Source: Sphagnum compactum
Lineage: Eukaryota
Direction of reading: 5' to 3'
Assembly (NCBI GenBank): GCA_965153455.1
Contig: OZ234493.1
Coordinates: 29,564,213 to 29,628,212 of the forward strand
Length of the DNA: 64,000 nt
In this document: positions 28,201 to 41,855 of the stretch, in pieces
Layout: each line of letters starts with the position of its first letter
Numbering within the stretch: position 1 is the stretch's first letter
Notes under the pieces: model-generated
The model's input: only the letters and a program-made list of their open reading frames with translations
The model's database searches: none
Told to the model about the DNA's origin: nothing
Position numbers and translations under genes: made by a program

Positions 28201-30119
28201 ATTAATGAAAATTTAAAAAATTAATAGAAGTTTGAAGAAGTTGTAATCAACAAAATTTTTAAAAGACATAAACTACTAGAAGCTTTTTAAATACATAATC
28301 AATAAAAGTTTCTAGTAGACAACCAAAGTTTTCAAAAGATGTAATTGATGAAAACCTCTAAAAGTTTATATAGTAAAAATTGTAGAAGGTTTAATTGGTG
28401 AAATTTTTAAATGCTTGATGAACTTCTAGAAGGTTTCATTGAATAATTTACAAGTTAAAGTATTGAAAGCATCTCCCTTCAATCTTGCCAACACAAGTTG
28501 TGGTCCTTGAACTCCAATTCCATCTCATGGTCAACTTACATGATACTTTGTTTAAGCAATAAAATTTTAAATTTTTTGTGCATTATTGAGTTCCTTGTTT
28601 GTCAACTCCATATAGTTTTATTCAAGTTGTATCCTTGTCTTGTTCTTAACAACAAAAATTAAACCCTAAAATTGTTAACATATTTTGATATGATTTGAAA
28701 CTATAATCATTTTTCAAGACAAAGTTGTATACATGCACCCATTTTAAAACTCATATTTATTTAATAATGATAAAAACACAACATGTGATGTATGAAGGTA
28801 ACTCTAGACATCTTTGCTAACAAATTACAAAAATGAAATTTTTTTTCTATAAAAATCTAAAAGGATTTAAAAGGGACTTGTAGTCCTTGGATGTAGTAAT
28901 TCTAGTGGCTCCATTCAACCCATTTGTTACATGATAGGTAGATCCTAATAAAAAGAATGCACCCTAATGAGATTTCTTTTATAAAAACCTAAATAACTGT
29001 TAAGGCCATTTATGATGCCTTTTTTCCTATTGTGATAGTTAACCAATGTTATAGGTACTAGCTATTGTCAAAGGTTTTTACTTTGACAATTTAGTAATAT
29101 GTTTAACTTTCCAAGGAAAGCTTAAAATTATAGGTAGAATTTGATGTTGCCATAGACGTGGACATGTGCATGTAGGTGAAACAATTCGTGGTGCGAACAT
29201 GTAAAAGCAAGTAGTTATAAATTTTCCCTCTTTGATTTCATGGATTATTTCAAACTTTTAAAAGTTCACAATATGCTTCCTTTTCATGTTGGATCCTTGA
29301 TTTAAGATTTGATACTAGCAGTATATTAGATGAACTAGGCTTTAGGGTGTAGTCATAGTAGAAAAAACCAAAACATTTGTTGATTAAAGTGAAAACTAGA
29401 AGAACTTTTAAGTGCGATCTTAGCAATGAAGAACAAAATATGATCATGAAGGTGTGCAACACTTCCAAGATAAGTGGGCCATGCATCTTCCTTGGGCAAA
29501 ATTTGTAGTAAAAAACAAAGGTAATGTGCACCATGTACATTGTGGTATTTGTTCAAGGTAGAAAGCAAGTAAAAGCTTCTTGTTCCAAAGTTCAATAATT
29601 TGTTGAAATATGTAGGCTGACACAAAGCCAAAGTTGTTGGTGCAAGGGTTGAGGTAGGTTTTAAAAATTTCAATGGTAAGTGTCAACATGCACAAAATGA
29701 ATGAATCTACATTATCTTTGAATGTCCTTAGGTTTTAGAGTTAGTTGTTTCTAAAATTTTGTAAAACAAGAAAAGGAAAATTGTCCAATTTGCTTCATTC
29801 TACCATTTGTTGTCTATAAGTTCAATTATGACAAATTTCAAAGGTGGAAAATACCTCTTCACTATGCTTAAGGTCAAACACATTCCTAAAAAACATTGGA
29901 GTGACTTTACAAGGTGGGGCATAGTTGAATCCATGAATGAATTGTTTAAATCCATTTAGAATGTTATTGTTGTTGCAAATTTCATATCTATCAGTGTGAA
30001 TGAAGTTATTACAATATACAATACGTCTTGGATTTCTATGCACTTGTACATTGTTCAAAGTTGGAAATGATGTCCACTTCTTGCTTGTGTGGAAAGGTGG
30101 GTGAGCAAGGGACAATTAA

Positions 30120-31610
30120 GAGCCTTTTTATTTGATGTTCATTGCCATGGTCACATTTGGGAGTTTGAGTGCTGAAAAATTGGGAGCCAATGTCATTTCA
30201 ATGGGTTGTGATGACAATAGTGTGTTTCAAAGTGCACAAGTTGGTGTCACCACAAAAATGAAGGAGAATGTGATTTTATTTTTGATGGGAGTACATTGTT
30301 TTGCTTATTGAACCAATTTGGTTGTGTTGGTTTTATCAAAGTTGAGTTTAGTTGCTCAATTGGAGGCCCTCCTTTAGGTTTCATATGGGTTTTTCTTTCA
30401 TTCATTTAAGAAATTCCTTGAATTTTAGAGCTGATGCAATATTGTGCTTACAAAGAAAGATTTTTTTTGTTGAAACATGTGAAAACAAGGTGGATTACCA
30501 TGTTTCTTCTTATGAAACATGTGATGGAGCAATATTAGGTTTTGATTGCAAAGATTCATGATGATGTTTTGAAAAACGACATTATTAATGAAAATTTGAA
30601 CCTCATTTGTGACCTGGAGTTGATTTTAAGTTTGCATGCCATTTTGCCACTTTGAACTATGTGCATACCTTGATCAAGTTTGCATAATCTCACAACTTGT
30701 TTGTTTGTGATTTTATTGACGTGGTGAATATTTGCCAACTAAAGTTTTATTGACATTACAGTGATTCCTGGAACAAATTTGATGACCTTGCATTTGACAT
30801 GATCTAAATGCTCTTGAAACATTCACCAACAATAATTTGCTACTAAGTTGGTGTTTAAACTTAAGTGGTGAGGAAGTTGACTACCTTGTTATTGATTTTT
30901 TTTATTTTAAATATTTTGTGAATCAACATTGTCTTATAATAGGGGATGTTGGACCTACATTGCCATATTTTCCTAAGGTTTAGTTGGCTAATGTGAAAAA
31001 ATATTGTGAAGATGTTGCCAAGTCTTTAGTCCATGAATTGGAGGACAAATTTTCAAATATTGATCTTGTGTTGGCATTAAGTGTGATTTACCTTAATTTA
31101 GGGTTGATTGCCCCAATGATGTTGAAGATGTTTTCCACCAACACTTGATTGCCATCAAAGCTACCTATTCTATGCTTGACAAGATGGCAAGGGAAGGGGT
31201 CTTTGTGAAACCTCTCCTAGATGGCCATGCTTTGGATGTGCAATGTTACTTTTTTAAAGATGACAATGGGTACAAATAGGGAAACAATCATGAAGGAGGA
31301 TTCTCTTATGAATCTTGTCACTTGACTGTGGGTCAAGATTAGTTTTTCTTCCATCCTCGAGCTCAAGTTTTTCAAATTCATAAAGCTTGTTGAAATTGCA
31401 TGTGTTTAAGTCCTTGGGTTTCTACAAGATGAACATTATTGCTTGGCAATGCCATTCATGAAGAATAAGTTGAGGAACTATTTGATTTGTTACTCAAGAT
31501 CTATGCACTTGTTTTTATGGACAACAATTTTATAGCATTGAAAATTTCCCCTTTGAAGAGGCCATGACTAGGTGGAAGAACACAAAAACATGATATTTTC
31601 TTGATGCTTA
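30120..31610 (+). mobile_element. Decayed hAT (ZNF862-like) transposase
   Basis: GCDDNSVFQSAQVGVTTKMKENV..FLMGVHCFAY*TNLVV (CxxH region, ~30203-30330) and a C-terminal dimerisation-like VLG...DE......FMKNKLRN (~31410-31480). Many stops are present. Confidence 0.75.
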
Positions 31611-33688
31611 AATATAGACGACCTAATTTTTTGAGGTAACTAGTTTGTTTTGTTGACAATCACATCCATTTAGATGGGGCAATTTTTTTTCTATACCAAC
31701 TTCCAAGTTCCAACTCATGTTCTAAATTGGGTTGGATATTTACAAGTTTTATATATATATATATATATATATAATGTGGGTTGAATCACACATTGCATAA
31801 GGTTTAGCCTCTAGGTGGTCATTGTAAAACAATTATCAATGATTTCTTGAAAGGTCCATGTCATATTACATGTTATTCCTACTTGAATGGAGCCACTCCA
31901 ACTACTTTCAAAATAATAGTAATAATTAAAATAAAGTTGTTGAGAATCCAGAGCTTCAATTCTGGTAACTGTAAGTATCAATGGGATGGAGAAAAGATAA
32001 ACATTTGACACTTAATACGAATTCGAGTTTTGTTTGAGATCAATTTGAAATTGTGGTTGAATGAAAACTTGAAAACTATTTTTTCTCTTGCTCAAGTCAT
32101 CTCACTGCCAAATGCTAATGTTGGGTGCAAGAGACCAAATTAGATAACCACATGTTCTCAATAAAAAAATTAAAAAAACACCATTGTTATTGTAAAATCA
32201 AATAACCAATTTCATTATATTCTTCAAAATATGAGTACCAATTCATAACAACATAACAATAGTTCTTTAACAAAACAAGAGTTGGTCAAATAACCAACTT
32301 CTATAAAGCTCTTGGCTCTTTGTTGGTTGTTTCGTGAAATTTGTTGGTTCTTAGGGGCTTTTTGAAATGAATACTTTTTTATTTTGAATTTTTTTCAAAT
32401 TTGCAAGTTTTTTCAAATTTTCAAAAATCAAAGAGCACCCCCTAGGTTCTGGATTTTTGACGAAAATTTTCAAAACAAGATAAATGGCTCTTTCTTTGAA
32501 AAATAAAGAGCTTGTCACCAAGAAGGGAGGGGTGACTTGGTTCAAACACCCCTTGATAGAATCAAGGCCTGCTTACTGAATGGTTACACAACAAGTCAAT
32601 TAATTAGAACAACAAGTTACATCTCCAAGTTGCCAAACTTTCAATTTTGCTACTTCAATATACAACACAAAGATAGAAGACTCCAAGGGTAATATAGATC
32701 ACTCTTGATCTCCTCTCAAGATCCAACGGGGCATGAGAATGGCAACTCTGTTGTAACACAACAACACATTAAAAATTGATTGACACCCCATTTCCATTAG
32801 ATCCCTCCCTTTGGAAGTTGTATAAAAAAAAATACGAGACTAGACATGACAACAATTGTTCCTCACAACACACAAGTGCCCTCAATTTCCCATTTTTCCC
32901 GGAGCTCCAATGACCTCATGAGTACTTTCATCCAAAGTAGATAGTCTGATAGTTACCCGCAGAACTCACAAGACTTTGCCACAAGATGAAGACTGCCACT
33001 ATGCCCGCTCATGAGATCTCTAGACTCTATCATCACTTCCCTTGGACATTTCTTGGACTCCTAACACTAAACTTTCTGTACCCCTCCTGAAGAAGTTCAT
33101 GGCACAACAGAAACAGTGTACTCCAAGGAAGGTACAAAAATCAAACAGAGGGGCATTCTTCCCCAACTGTTCAGCAAACCACTCAAAACACAACACCACT
33201 AGAACAATGCAATCTTCATCAATTTGAACAGAAGAACTTAGTTCTCTCTGTGACTATGGCTGTGGCACCTCCTCTTCCTCCTCCCGTTTATAACTTTCCT
33301 TCAACCCCATCCTTCTACTTTCCCCCAAAAATCACAGAACCAACCAACACCCAAAGATGTGATACACATCCCCATAAAGATCATCCCCTATGCAACAAGG
33401 AACCTGCTCCATCACTGAAACCAATGCATTTCCGTCACTCCATTGAAAAACAAACAACAAACACACTAACTAACATGCAAACAAACAAACAACACCCAAA
33501 TGTAGAAATGAACACGAAGACACCAAACTTTCGGCATCCACACTTCTTGATGATGAATAACCACTCCGTAATTTGTCACCATCTACCACCCATCCAGAAT
33601 TAGGGTCTCAAATTCCCATCCATGCTCATCCACAGAAACTTTTTGACACTGTTTTAGGTCACAAGCCACACACCACATTGGTCAAAAC

Positions 33689-34075
33689 CAGTGTTGGGCG
33701 GTTCTTTGATTTTGTTGATAACTGCCAATTCTAGTATTCGGAAAATCAAAGTAAAGAAACATCAGTCTGGTATTTGAAAAAAATCTCAATCAAAAGAACT
33801 GCCAATTTCAGTTAGTTCAGAAACCTTGAAGAATCATTGGGTGGGTTAATTCACACCCTTGCAAAAATTAGAGAACCATGACTACATCGGAACCACTTAT
33901 TTGATTTTTTCAAGGACCGTGGTTATTTCAAGACTAGGTAATTGGATTTTTTCATAGCTGTGGTTATAGATCAGAATCCAAGTATTTGAATTTTGCGAAC
34001 TGCAGTTTTGAATCTAAGAACCGCCCTGATATGCGCTCCGGGTTTGGCGCAGATTCTAATAACTGCCCAACATGG
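33689..34075. mobile_element. hAT-family MITE, 387 bp
   Basis: Imperfect TIR CAGTGTTGGGCGGTT...AACTGCCCAACATGG with an exact 8-bp TSD GTCAAAAC (33681-33688 and 34076-34083). Confidence 0.9.
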
Positions 34076-34193
34076 GTCAAAACTCAATTTCCTGAAAAAG
34101 GCACCACTACAAGTAATTTATAAGTTATATCTATTGACAACCTTGACTCAAGTGCTATGCTATTATCCAGCTCTACTGAACGTGATCCTTATA

Positions 34194-34526
34194 GGGCGAC
34201 TTTAGATGAGGGTCCAAGGCTCAGGGACCAATGAATTCAAACAATCTTATTGGTCGAAAGCTCTAAACTGTTCCCCAAGGCTTTTAGACGAGGGTCCAAG
34301 AGCAAAAAGTGGCGAATTGAGGCAGAACCTACTTGGCACCTGTTTTGGAGGGAAAATCAATTGGTTGGGACCAAAAAAGAGTGCTGAAAGGAGAGCTCCT
34401 GATTTGGAGAACCAAGAATCAGGCTAGGGACCAAGGAACAGTCCAACTCAAGGATTCAATTTGCTTCCAAATCAGTCCAAATTGGTTCCTAGGAAATTGG
34501 ACTCTAGACCCCCTCTAAAGTGGGCC
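34194..34526. mobile_element. Probable Harbinger-type MITE
   Basis: Imperfect TIR GGGCGACTTTAGA...TCTAAAGTGGGCC with TA-rich flanks and internal GGACC/GGTCC repeats. Confidence 0.55.
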
Positions 34527-35414
34527 ATTAGACTACTAATACTACTAGGTACTAGATAGTGGGCTTATTTTTGGTCAGAAAGAATTCTTAGTAATAAGCA
34601 TGCATTCATAGACAAGAGCTTCCTTGCACAACCTGCTCAGTGCTCATCTTGTGGCATTTTCCATCATACCCACAAGAGTGAAGCAAAGCAGCCAACCCAA
34701 TCAAACAATAATGGAGTCTCTGCCATATCTGGGTGTCAAAAGATTTAAAAACTTCCAAAATTAAACTCCATTCAATTCCAGGGAGAATTCCAGCAAGTTA
34801 TTTATTCCAAAGGAACCAGTTGCAATTATCCACATGAAGATGACAAATGTGCCATTCATTAATGTACCAATTATTTGTCCAGCCTCCTTATGTTTCCACA
34901 ACTGTAAATGTCAAGAGGACTGGAGAGTGCAAGGGAGAACATAGTTTGGGTGATCACTATTAAATGCATTGGCCACAATAGCCATGGATGCTGGGGTCCC
35001 TGCACCAATATAGCCAGGGCACCCTTCTAGAACACCCATGGGATGGTTTTAATTTTAATTTTTTTGAAATTTAATTAAAAAATTATGTATTCTGATTTTA
35101 AAAATTCCACCCCCATCACCCATCCATAGTAGTGAAAAGTGAAAATTGATGTGGTGAAAACAAGGTTCCCATGGATCATGGGGGTGTTGTGGAAGGGTGC
35201 ACTGGCTATTGGGGGAGGGACAGCAGCTGTTCTGGCTATTTTGTCACCAGAGCTTTTAATAATGATCACCCAAACTATCTTTGCCGAGTATAAGTGCGCT
35301 TGACTACAGGTACATTATACATTGTCAACTTTACATGGCAACTTGATCGGTGATACCTAATCATCCCTGCCCTCAGTTCGAACTGCACAGCGCGTGTGCG
35401 CCCTCCCCACATTA

Positions 35415-35795
35415 TATGTGCACATACTTGTTGTTGTAGGCCATATTTGTATGGCCTTCTCTCTTCTTCTTTTTTTCTCTGACTGCCCTTTTGCCCATCC
35501 AAGATACGTCTAGTACTGCCCAGACACATCTTGGTGCTGCCCATACTCACTTTGGGTGCTGTTGTTATACCCGGTTTGGGCAATTTAGTGGACACCTAAT
35601 AATGCATGTTTTGGGCCTGTCATGAACTAGGTGTCAATTACATGCCCAAAATGTGCATAAAATGGGTTCAAAGTGTGTCTGGGCATCATCCATCTTTTTT
35701 TGGGAATAAGATGGATCTGGCCTGGGGCAGAAATGGGAAAAAAAGAAGCAGGCAGTACTTTTTGTACTGCCTGCAATAACAACTATGTGCACATA
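35415..35795. mobile_element. MITE-like foldback element, ~380 bp
   Basis: ~27-bp inverted termini TATGTGCACATACTTGTTGTTGTAGGC...GCCTGCAATAACAACTATGTGCACATA. Confidence 0.7.
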
Positions 35796-36249
35796 CAATG
35801 TTGGGAGTTACCATAGGCAAATTGCACATTCGGTCTCTGCCGAATAATTAATTAATTTGGAAAAATTACATTTTATGCATAGATGCTTCATTTTCCTTCA
35901 CAGATTTTTTTTTTGGGGAGATTTTTTTTTATAATTAAAATTTTTGCACCTCTAAAATAATATAATTTTAGCCGAACCTTGCAAATTGCATTACACTAGT
36001 CAACCTGTGCAGCTGGGAGAACACTCTTTATCATCACTGTCCCAATTCCCACTTCAAAGGAAAAGATTGCTTCAAAGCAGAGCCGAAGGAATTTTTGACA
36101 TGTATTATGTAGTTATCCGGAAAGTCCTCCCCTAATTGGTGCCCAGTCTGATCCTCCATTTGGGGTTCCATGCCCAGTTTCTGAATGAATATCCATAAAG
36201 TCATGAAATCTAGGGATGAAAATTGTGAGCTTTTGTTCGCAGTTCTATG

Positions 36250-36436
36250 ATCTTATGATGGTGTATGCTTGATCAATCCTCATGTGTACCATGAGTATAG
36301 TGGAGCATCGGGACTCTCCAATAGTCCAAGAATGGATCTTATGAGCTTATGATGGTGTATGTTTTGATTAATCCTCATGTGTACCATGAGTAAGTATATT
36401 GGAGCATCTGGACTCTCAAATAATCCAAGAATGGAT
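36250..36436. repeat. ~95 bp tandem duplication
   Basis: CTTATGATGGTGTATG...ATCCTCATGTGTACCATGAGTA...TGGAGCATC.GGACTCTC...TCCAAGAATGGAT occurs twice. Confidence 0.85.
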
Positions 36437-38299
36437 AGGAATAATTGAGAGGGTGGTGGTGATGCTACTCATTTGTAGGGACATGAGAGAGATCCTATCC
36501 ACATTGATTTTTTTCCTTTTTGTTTCTGTTCGTTTTCTTTGGGGGAGGGGAATTGGAGGGGCGGTGAGTGTTTTAAGTTCACAGTTCATCATAGGATCAT
36601 GAATTTGGACTGATTCATTGAACTGTGATTTCATCTTCCATGACTATTTATTTATGTGCAAATTCTTTGCACAAATGGAATGTTTTTCAGTTTCAGAGGT
36701 GTTATTCTGATGCGTTTCTTTACATACTATATAGTTCTATACCTCTTTGCTTCAAAATCATTGAGTCAAGTCTTGAAAACGTACTCATGGGTTGTATAGT
36801 CTCTAAGCTCTTGTTTCAAGCATTCTTTTTGGTTCCCTTTGAAAAAATGTACTAACAAACTACTCAAGATCAGCTTCCATTCAGGCTTGGGTCAACAGAA
36901 ATTAAGTCAAGGATCTGTGATCACTGATGATCCATCCCTCTGTTGGGTCATGTCTGAGCTCTGTCATTTCACTCCAGCAAATCCCACAAAAGCAGAATCT
37001 ACAAATCTTTCTGATGGTAAAAGAGAGATCTCCACTCTTGCTCATCCTCTCTCTGACTGACATAAAAACTCTCTACTTAGTAAATTTACTGGCAGACAAG
37101 AGCTTGGTTTTGGCCATATCTGAGGGAGAGAGAGAAAAAAATTATTAAAAAATCATAATAGTATCAAGATGTAAGGTTTTAGGTATGGGAAGATTGCTTA
37201 CTTTCTGATGTCTTTATTGTCATGCCATCTCTCTCTCTATGGGAAAATGCACCTGGACAAATGACAAGTGAACCTGGAGATTTTTGTCATCCGATTTGAA
37301 ATTCCACTTGATTCCAGAAAAATGGATGGATCATACACATGTGCTGATCAAGGGTTGTCCCATCAAAGATCCATTTCACATGGTTTTTCTTTACAAAAAT
37401 CTCAAAAAATTGTCAATTATTTTAAGACATCAATTTGTTATTCGCTTATTTTGGTAGCCAATGGATAAAGGTTGTCTATGGGAATGTTGTCTACTCTTTT
37501 TGTGCTATTGTAGTGTACTTAAGAACGACATTATAATATGACTTTATGAACAAAGAATGAAATCACATTGAAATTCATAGCGTTTTGCAATATGCTATAG
37601 GAAAGAGGTTGACGATACTTTTTCTCAAATGTGGGCCATGATGAGTTTGGACAGTCCAAGTTAGTCTATGGTTCATTTGTGCATCAATTTGATTTCAGAA
37701 CACATAAATCAACCTCTTGTTTGCATTTCTTATTAATTAACTCCTTATGTTTTGATGTTAAAAATGATAATTAAAATTCAAGACCAAAGCAATGAAAATG
37801 AAGTAGATGAATAATTGACAAATATTTGGCACATGAACAACCAAGTATGAATCTTTGCAATCAAAATTATCTCATGTTTATGGGGCCGACTTGATCAAGA
37901 TTTTGACCATAGGACAAATCCAAGTTCGTATTAAAAAAAAAAATAAAAAAAAATATATATATATAAGGAGGGAATGCATTGGTAGTTGGTTTGGGTTTTG
38001 ATCCATGGCCTTACAAACATCTTTGGTCATTATATAGATTGTGCTTGTCATTGCATTTAATAATCCTCAAAACCCTTAACAAGAGGAACTCCATATCGTC
38101 TCACCCAAAACCCGACGATTGGAACTACTTGCAACCTCTTGGTTGTACTAAAAGTCGTTACCCTTGTATGACTAATACATTTGTACATACATGCAATGAA
38201 CCTTTTAAATTTATTCTCAAATGATCAAAATCTGGAATATTGAAATTGGGAACAGCAGTTCTATTATTGTTATATTATTTGGCAAAAGGTGCTGATTAT

Positions 38300-39560
38300 C
38301 AATAACATTATCAATAACAAGGATTGTTATTGTTATTTCAAGTTCGTTGTATGGGCCAAGATTGATATCGATTTCAAACATTTTGGGGTGTTTTGAAGTT
38401 TGGTTGTAAGTCATGCTTTAAAATGACCACAAGGCTTCATAAAGACTTCATATTCTTTGTGTTTTGATGAACTTATCGGTGGAGTGCATTCCCAAGTCTT
38501 GCAGTTTTTGGGGTTGGGTTAGATTCATTGGTTCATCACAATTCAAGGGTCCAAGGTTAATCCGATATATTAGTTTTCCTTAAGAATAATGCTCCATGTT
38601 AGGATTTCTAATTTAATCAATAATGGATCGTATTCTAATTTCCAAAGCGTCTCTAAGATGATATAGTGTTGGGCTAATTTTGGTGGTCAGTTCTCAAATA
38701 TACCTCAAGGGTCCAAGTTAAGTGAATTATATTGATGCTTTCCTTTACGAAAATATTCCTACACACTTGTCATCTATTTAATTTGTTGGGTGCCTTCCCA
38801 AGTTTCTAAGAAGAAATTCTGAATAGTTGCTATTATTAGTAAATCACAACATATCTTCATAAATGTGAATCAACATCCCACGTTTTAGATCTTTTATATT
38901 TTGATCATTGGAGAACCCTTATCCCAATTGTTGGCCATAATATAGATGACTCATAATACATCCCAACATAGTATCATTTCCTTATGTATCTCTTGGAGTC
39001 TCATGGCATTGGTCCCCTGCGTTAACTTTTGGGTTAACAACTTACATGGGTTTCAAATTAACCCATCAACATCTTGGTGCCTTAAGCAAGTCAATGCTTA
39101 ACTAAGAATAATCCTATATCATTAAATCCCAATAACAAACTTGCTAGATAGCTTGGATGAATCCATCAACCACTTCAGTTGCTATTACAAGAGTAAAAAG
39201 ATTTCCATGATAAAAAAATCAACCACTTGGAGAACATCCATTAAATGCTTGCATTTATCCAAATCAAATATTTTTTAATGTAAAATTTGAACAATTATCA
39301 TATGTTATATGGGTTCATCATCCGTTTGGGTATACATCACTCCCAATCTGAAACTCTTGCACTTTATGTGTAAGTGAAATCGATGCCTCTATAGGGGTAA
39401 TTATAGGATGGATGTACTTAACAACCTAGCCTTCAACTTTTTGAATGTTTGTTATGAGAATTTTCAAAATCCCAATCCTTAGTTTTGCCTTGGTGAGTTT
39501 AGTGAAGGGCTTTTGGTTATCTTACAAAAACTGTTAATAGGTCAATTGCTCACAATAGTT
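38300..39560 (-). mobile_element. Very decayed LTR-retrotransposon pol remnant (RT/RNase H linker region)
   Basis: The minus strand at ~39450-39365 reads FKKLKARLLSTSIL*LP..RHRFHLH, resembling F..LK..L...PIL..P....F.L.TD. The rest is fragmentary and the boundaries are approximate. Confidence 0.45.
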
Positions 39561-40254
39561 AAACATGCAGAAGCTCACATCAAATTAACTTTCATTGAAG
39601 TATGGAATTTTTAAAAATTACAGTTCATTAGTGAGTTAAACTTCAAGTCCTCCAAAACAAACTATGTGTCAGGTGTTATTATTTTAATCACATGATTAAG
39701 TCTAGTTTAATTAGGTCTAATCTTAATTAGTGAGGCTAATCCACTTTAGCAGTTAGTTTAGTTGCAGACTATTTTTAGTGTTGAATAAGTTCAAGCTTTT
39801 TTGTGTTTAGGATATAATTTTGTGTTATGTGATTTCAAATCAATTTTGATGATTTGAGATTTTAGAACATTGTTTTTCTGCTTTGCAATTTTAATGCGTT
39901 TTCACAGTTTTCATTTTGCAGATCTTGTGTGATTTAATGTTTTTCTATGTTCTGGACTTGGATTTCTATGTTTTGTTCTTTGTAGGTGAGTTTTTTTTTA
40001 ATTACCAAAAGGGACAATTTGGGTTGATACGTCATTTTGGGTATCATGCTATTATTTTATTCATGTGTGTGAACAATGATAGGTCTAAATGTCAATATGA
40101 TAGCGCACGACATATGCGACTTAATAAATTTGAAACCCACCCTATACTTTCATAGGCGTAACACTTCAACCCATGCACCTTCAAGTGTTCAAACCAATCG
40201 TGGTTTGGTATATAAGCCTGCACATAATATATAATCTTGTTTATGCACTGGTTT

Positions 40255-40560
40255 CAAAGGACCCTACCAGGCTTGTATGACTTAAGGCAATTACCAGCTG
40301 TGTGCCAGTACCAGTCTGGTAGGGACCTGAGTTGTATCTAAATTTCAGACTGGTGTCAATATTAAGTATAAACCTACCTAATACCAACCAAAAATCAATC
40401 CTGGATCCAATATCAGGCTGGTATGGATTCTTTTAAAAGGACTCAATATGAGGACCAGGCTGGTATGAAAACTTTAAAGGTACCCAATACCAGGACCAGG
40501 CTGGTATGAAAGCTTTCAAAAAGTAACCAATACCAAGACTGGGCTTCTATGTTCAACTAG
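40255..40560. repeat. Repeat with multiple ACCAGGCTGGTATG / AATACCAGGACC subunits, probably a MITE interior
   Basis: CAGGCTGGTATG recurs near 40414, 40457 and 40497 with related variants nearby. Confidence 0.55.
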
Positions 40561-41777
40561 GCCAATTAGGGTTCAAATCCCCCATTAAAAATTATAATGA
40601 CGAGTGATTCATTGGACCTGGTTTAGGTATGATGATTATAAGGTCCATAGTATTTCATCTTATCAAAATCTAGCTCAAAAATCCACTTAGCTCATTCTCA
40701 AGTGAAGAGCCATGAATTTGTGTTTTTTGGATCTTTGTCTTTTTAAAATTTCTTTTTGCCCAACACCATATTCCCGAGCAAATTTTTAATACCTTCACCA
40801 ATTTGCATCCTGTTTCTTTTCAATTGAATCTTAATCCAATTGTTCAATTCAATTCAATTCAAAGTCTTTTGTTGAATTGGAATTCAATTCAAATTCCAAT
40901 CAATGTATTTGAATACAGTTTAAGAGTCTGGGTTCAACTCAAGCAACATGCAATGTCATTCAATATTTTCATTCAAATGAAACTTAATTTTCACAAAATC
41001 AATTTGCTTCTTTCATCAATGGATTAGTTAATCATCACAAGTAGTGCACAGCAATGTGAATCCCAGGTTGAATATTATTATATCATCAATCACTATTATA
41101 TCAGGTTGAATGTTGCAGCAGCACACACATATGGTGGGAAAGCACATGACACCTGTTGCATACAATCCTGTAGTCCAGAGTCCTTTAAAAGACTACCAAA
41201 TGCAACAAGGAAGTTATCAAGTTTTAGATGATGGACTTCCACATTACTATTTGTCATTGAAGGGAGAGGATCGGGAGCAAATGTACAGATCTCTTGATGA
41301 CAAACTGTAGGATCTAAGGACTGTACCTCTCAGCCCAAAGTTGATCATGTGGAAACTTGAGGAAGTGCAGGATGATGTTAGTACCATCCAAGGTAGGTGT
41401 TTGCCAGGTATCACCCAACACAATGTGCTCTACATGCCTCTCAAACATCAATGGAAGTAGGTGGAGGAGCTAAGGTCTCTCAAAATTTTGATTACAGTAC
41501 AAACAATGCATTTGAAGTCATATTCAGGTACAAGTCTGTAGTGGGCAACGATCCCACAGTCCAGTATTCATGACAAAGGATTGATGTTTTAGCAGTGAAA
41601 ATCGGAGTTAATTCTCTCTCATTATTGCTGGATCACCGCTCTGCTTATAGGACTTGTCTTCCAAAGCCCTTGCAATATAAGATTCCTAAAATAATGGTGC
41701 TCAGGTATTGGCCTTAAAAGCTCCTGCACAGTGATCTTAAAGGGTGCTAATGTTACAAAACTTAGGGTGTCTACCTC

Positions 41778-41855
41778 CTATATTAAGCGCTTGAAGTTTC
41801 GGCCTTGTGCAGTTTTCTTCTTCTTCTCAACATCAGGTTTCGCTCTATTCAGTGC
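41778..41855 (-). CDS. ARPC2: ARPC2 exon 9 (last coding exon)
   Basis: ALNRAKPDVEKKKKTAQGRNFKRLI*, TAG at 41780-41778. Confidence 0.9.
   Translation of the reverse strand, partial: ALNRAKPDVEKKKKTAQGRNFKRLI

Noticed and set aside
33070..33095. miR390 target site (TAS3-like locus) at GTACCCCTCCTGAAG
   Set aside because: Only a partial match to the expected TATCCCTCCTGAGC, and I saw no second site or tasiARF sequence.
37035..37130. miR156/miR477-like hairpin
   Set aside because: The similarity is limited to CT/GA low-complexity sequence, with no full mature match or clean stem.
40451..40510. miR166-like GGACCAGGCT
   Set aside because: It is part of a locally repeated ACCAGGCTGGTATG unit and the rest of miR166 is absent.
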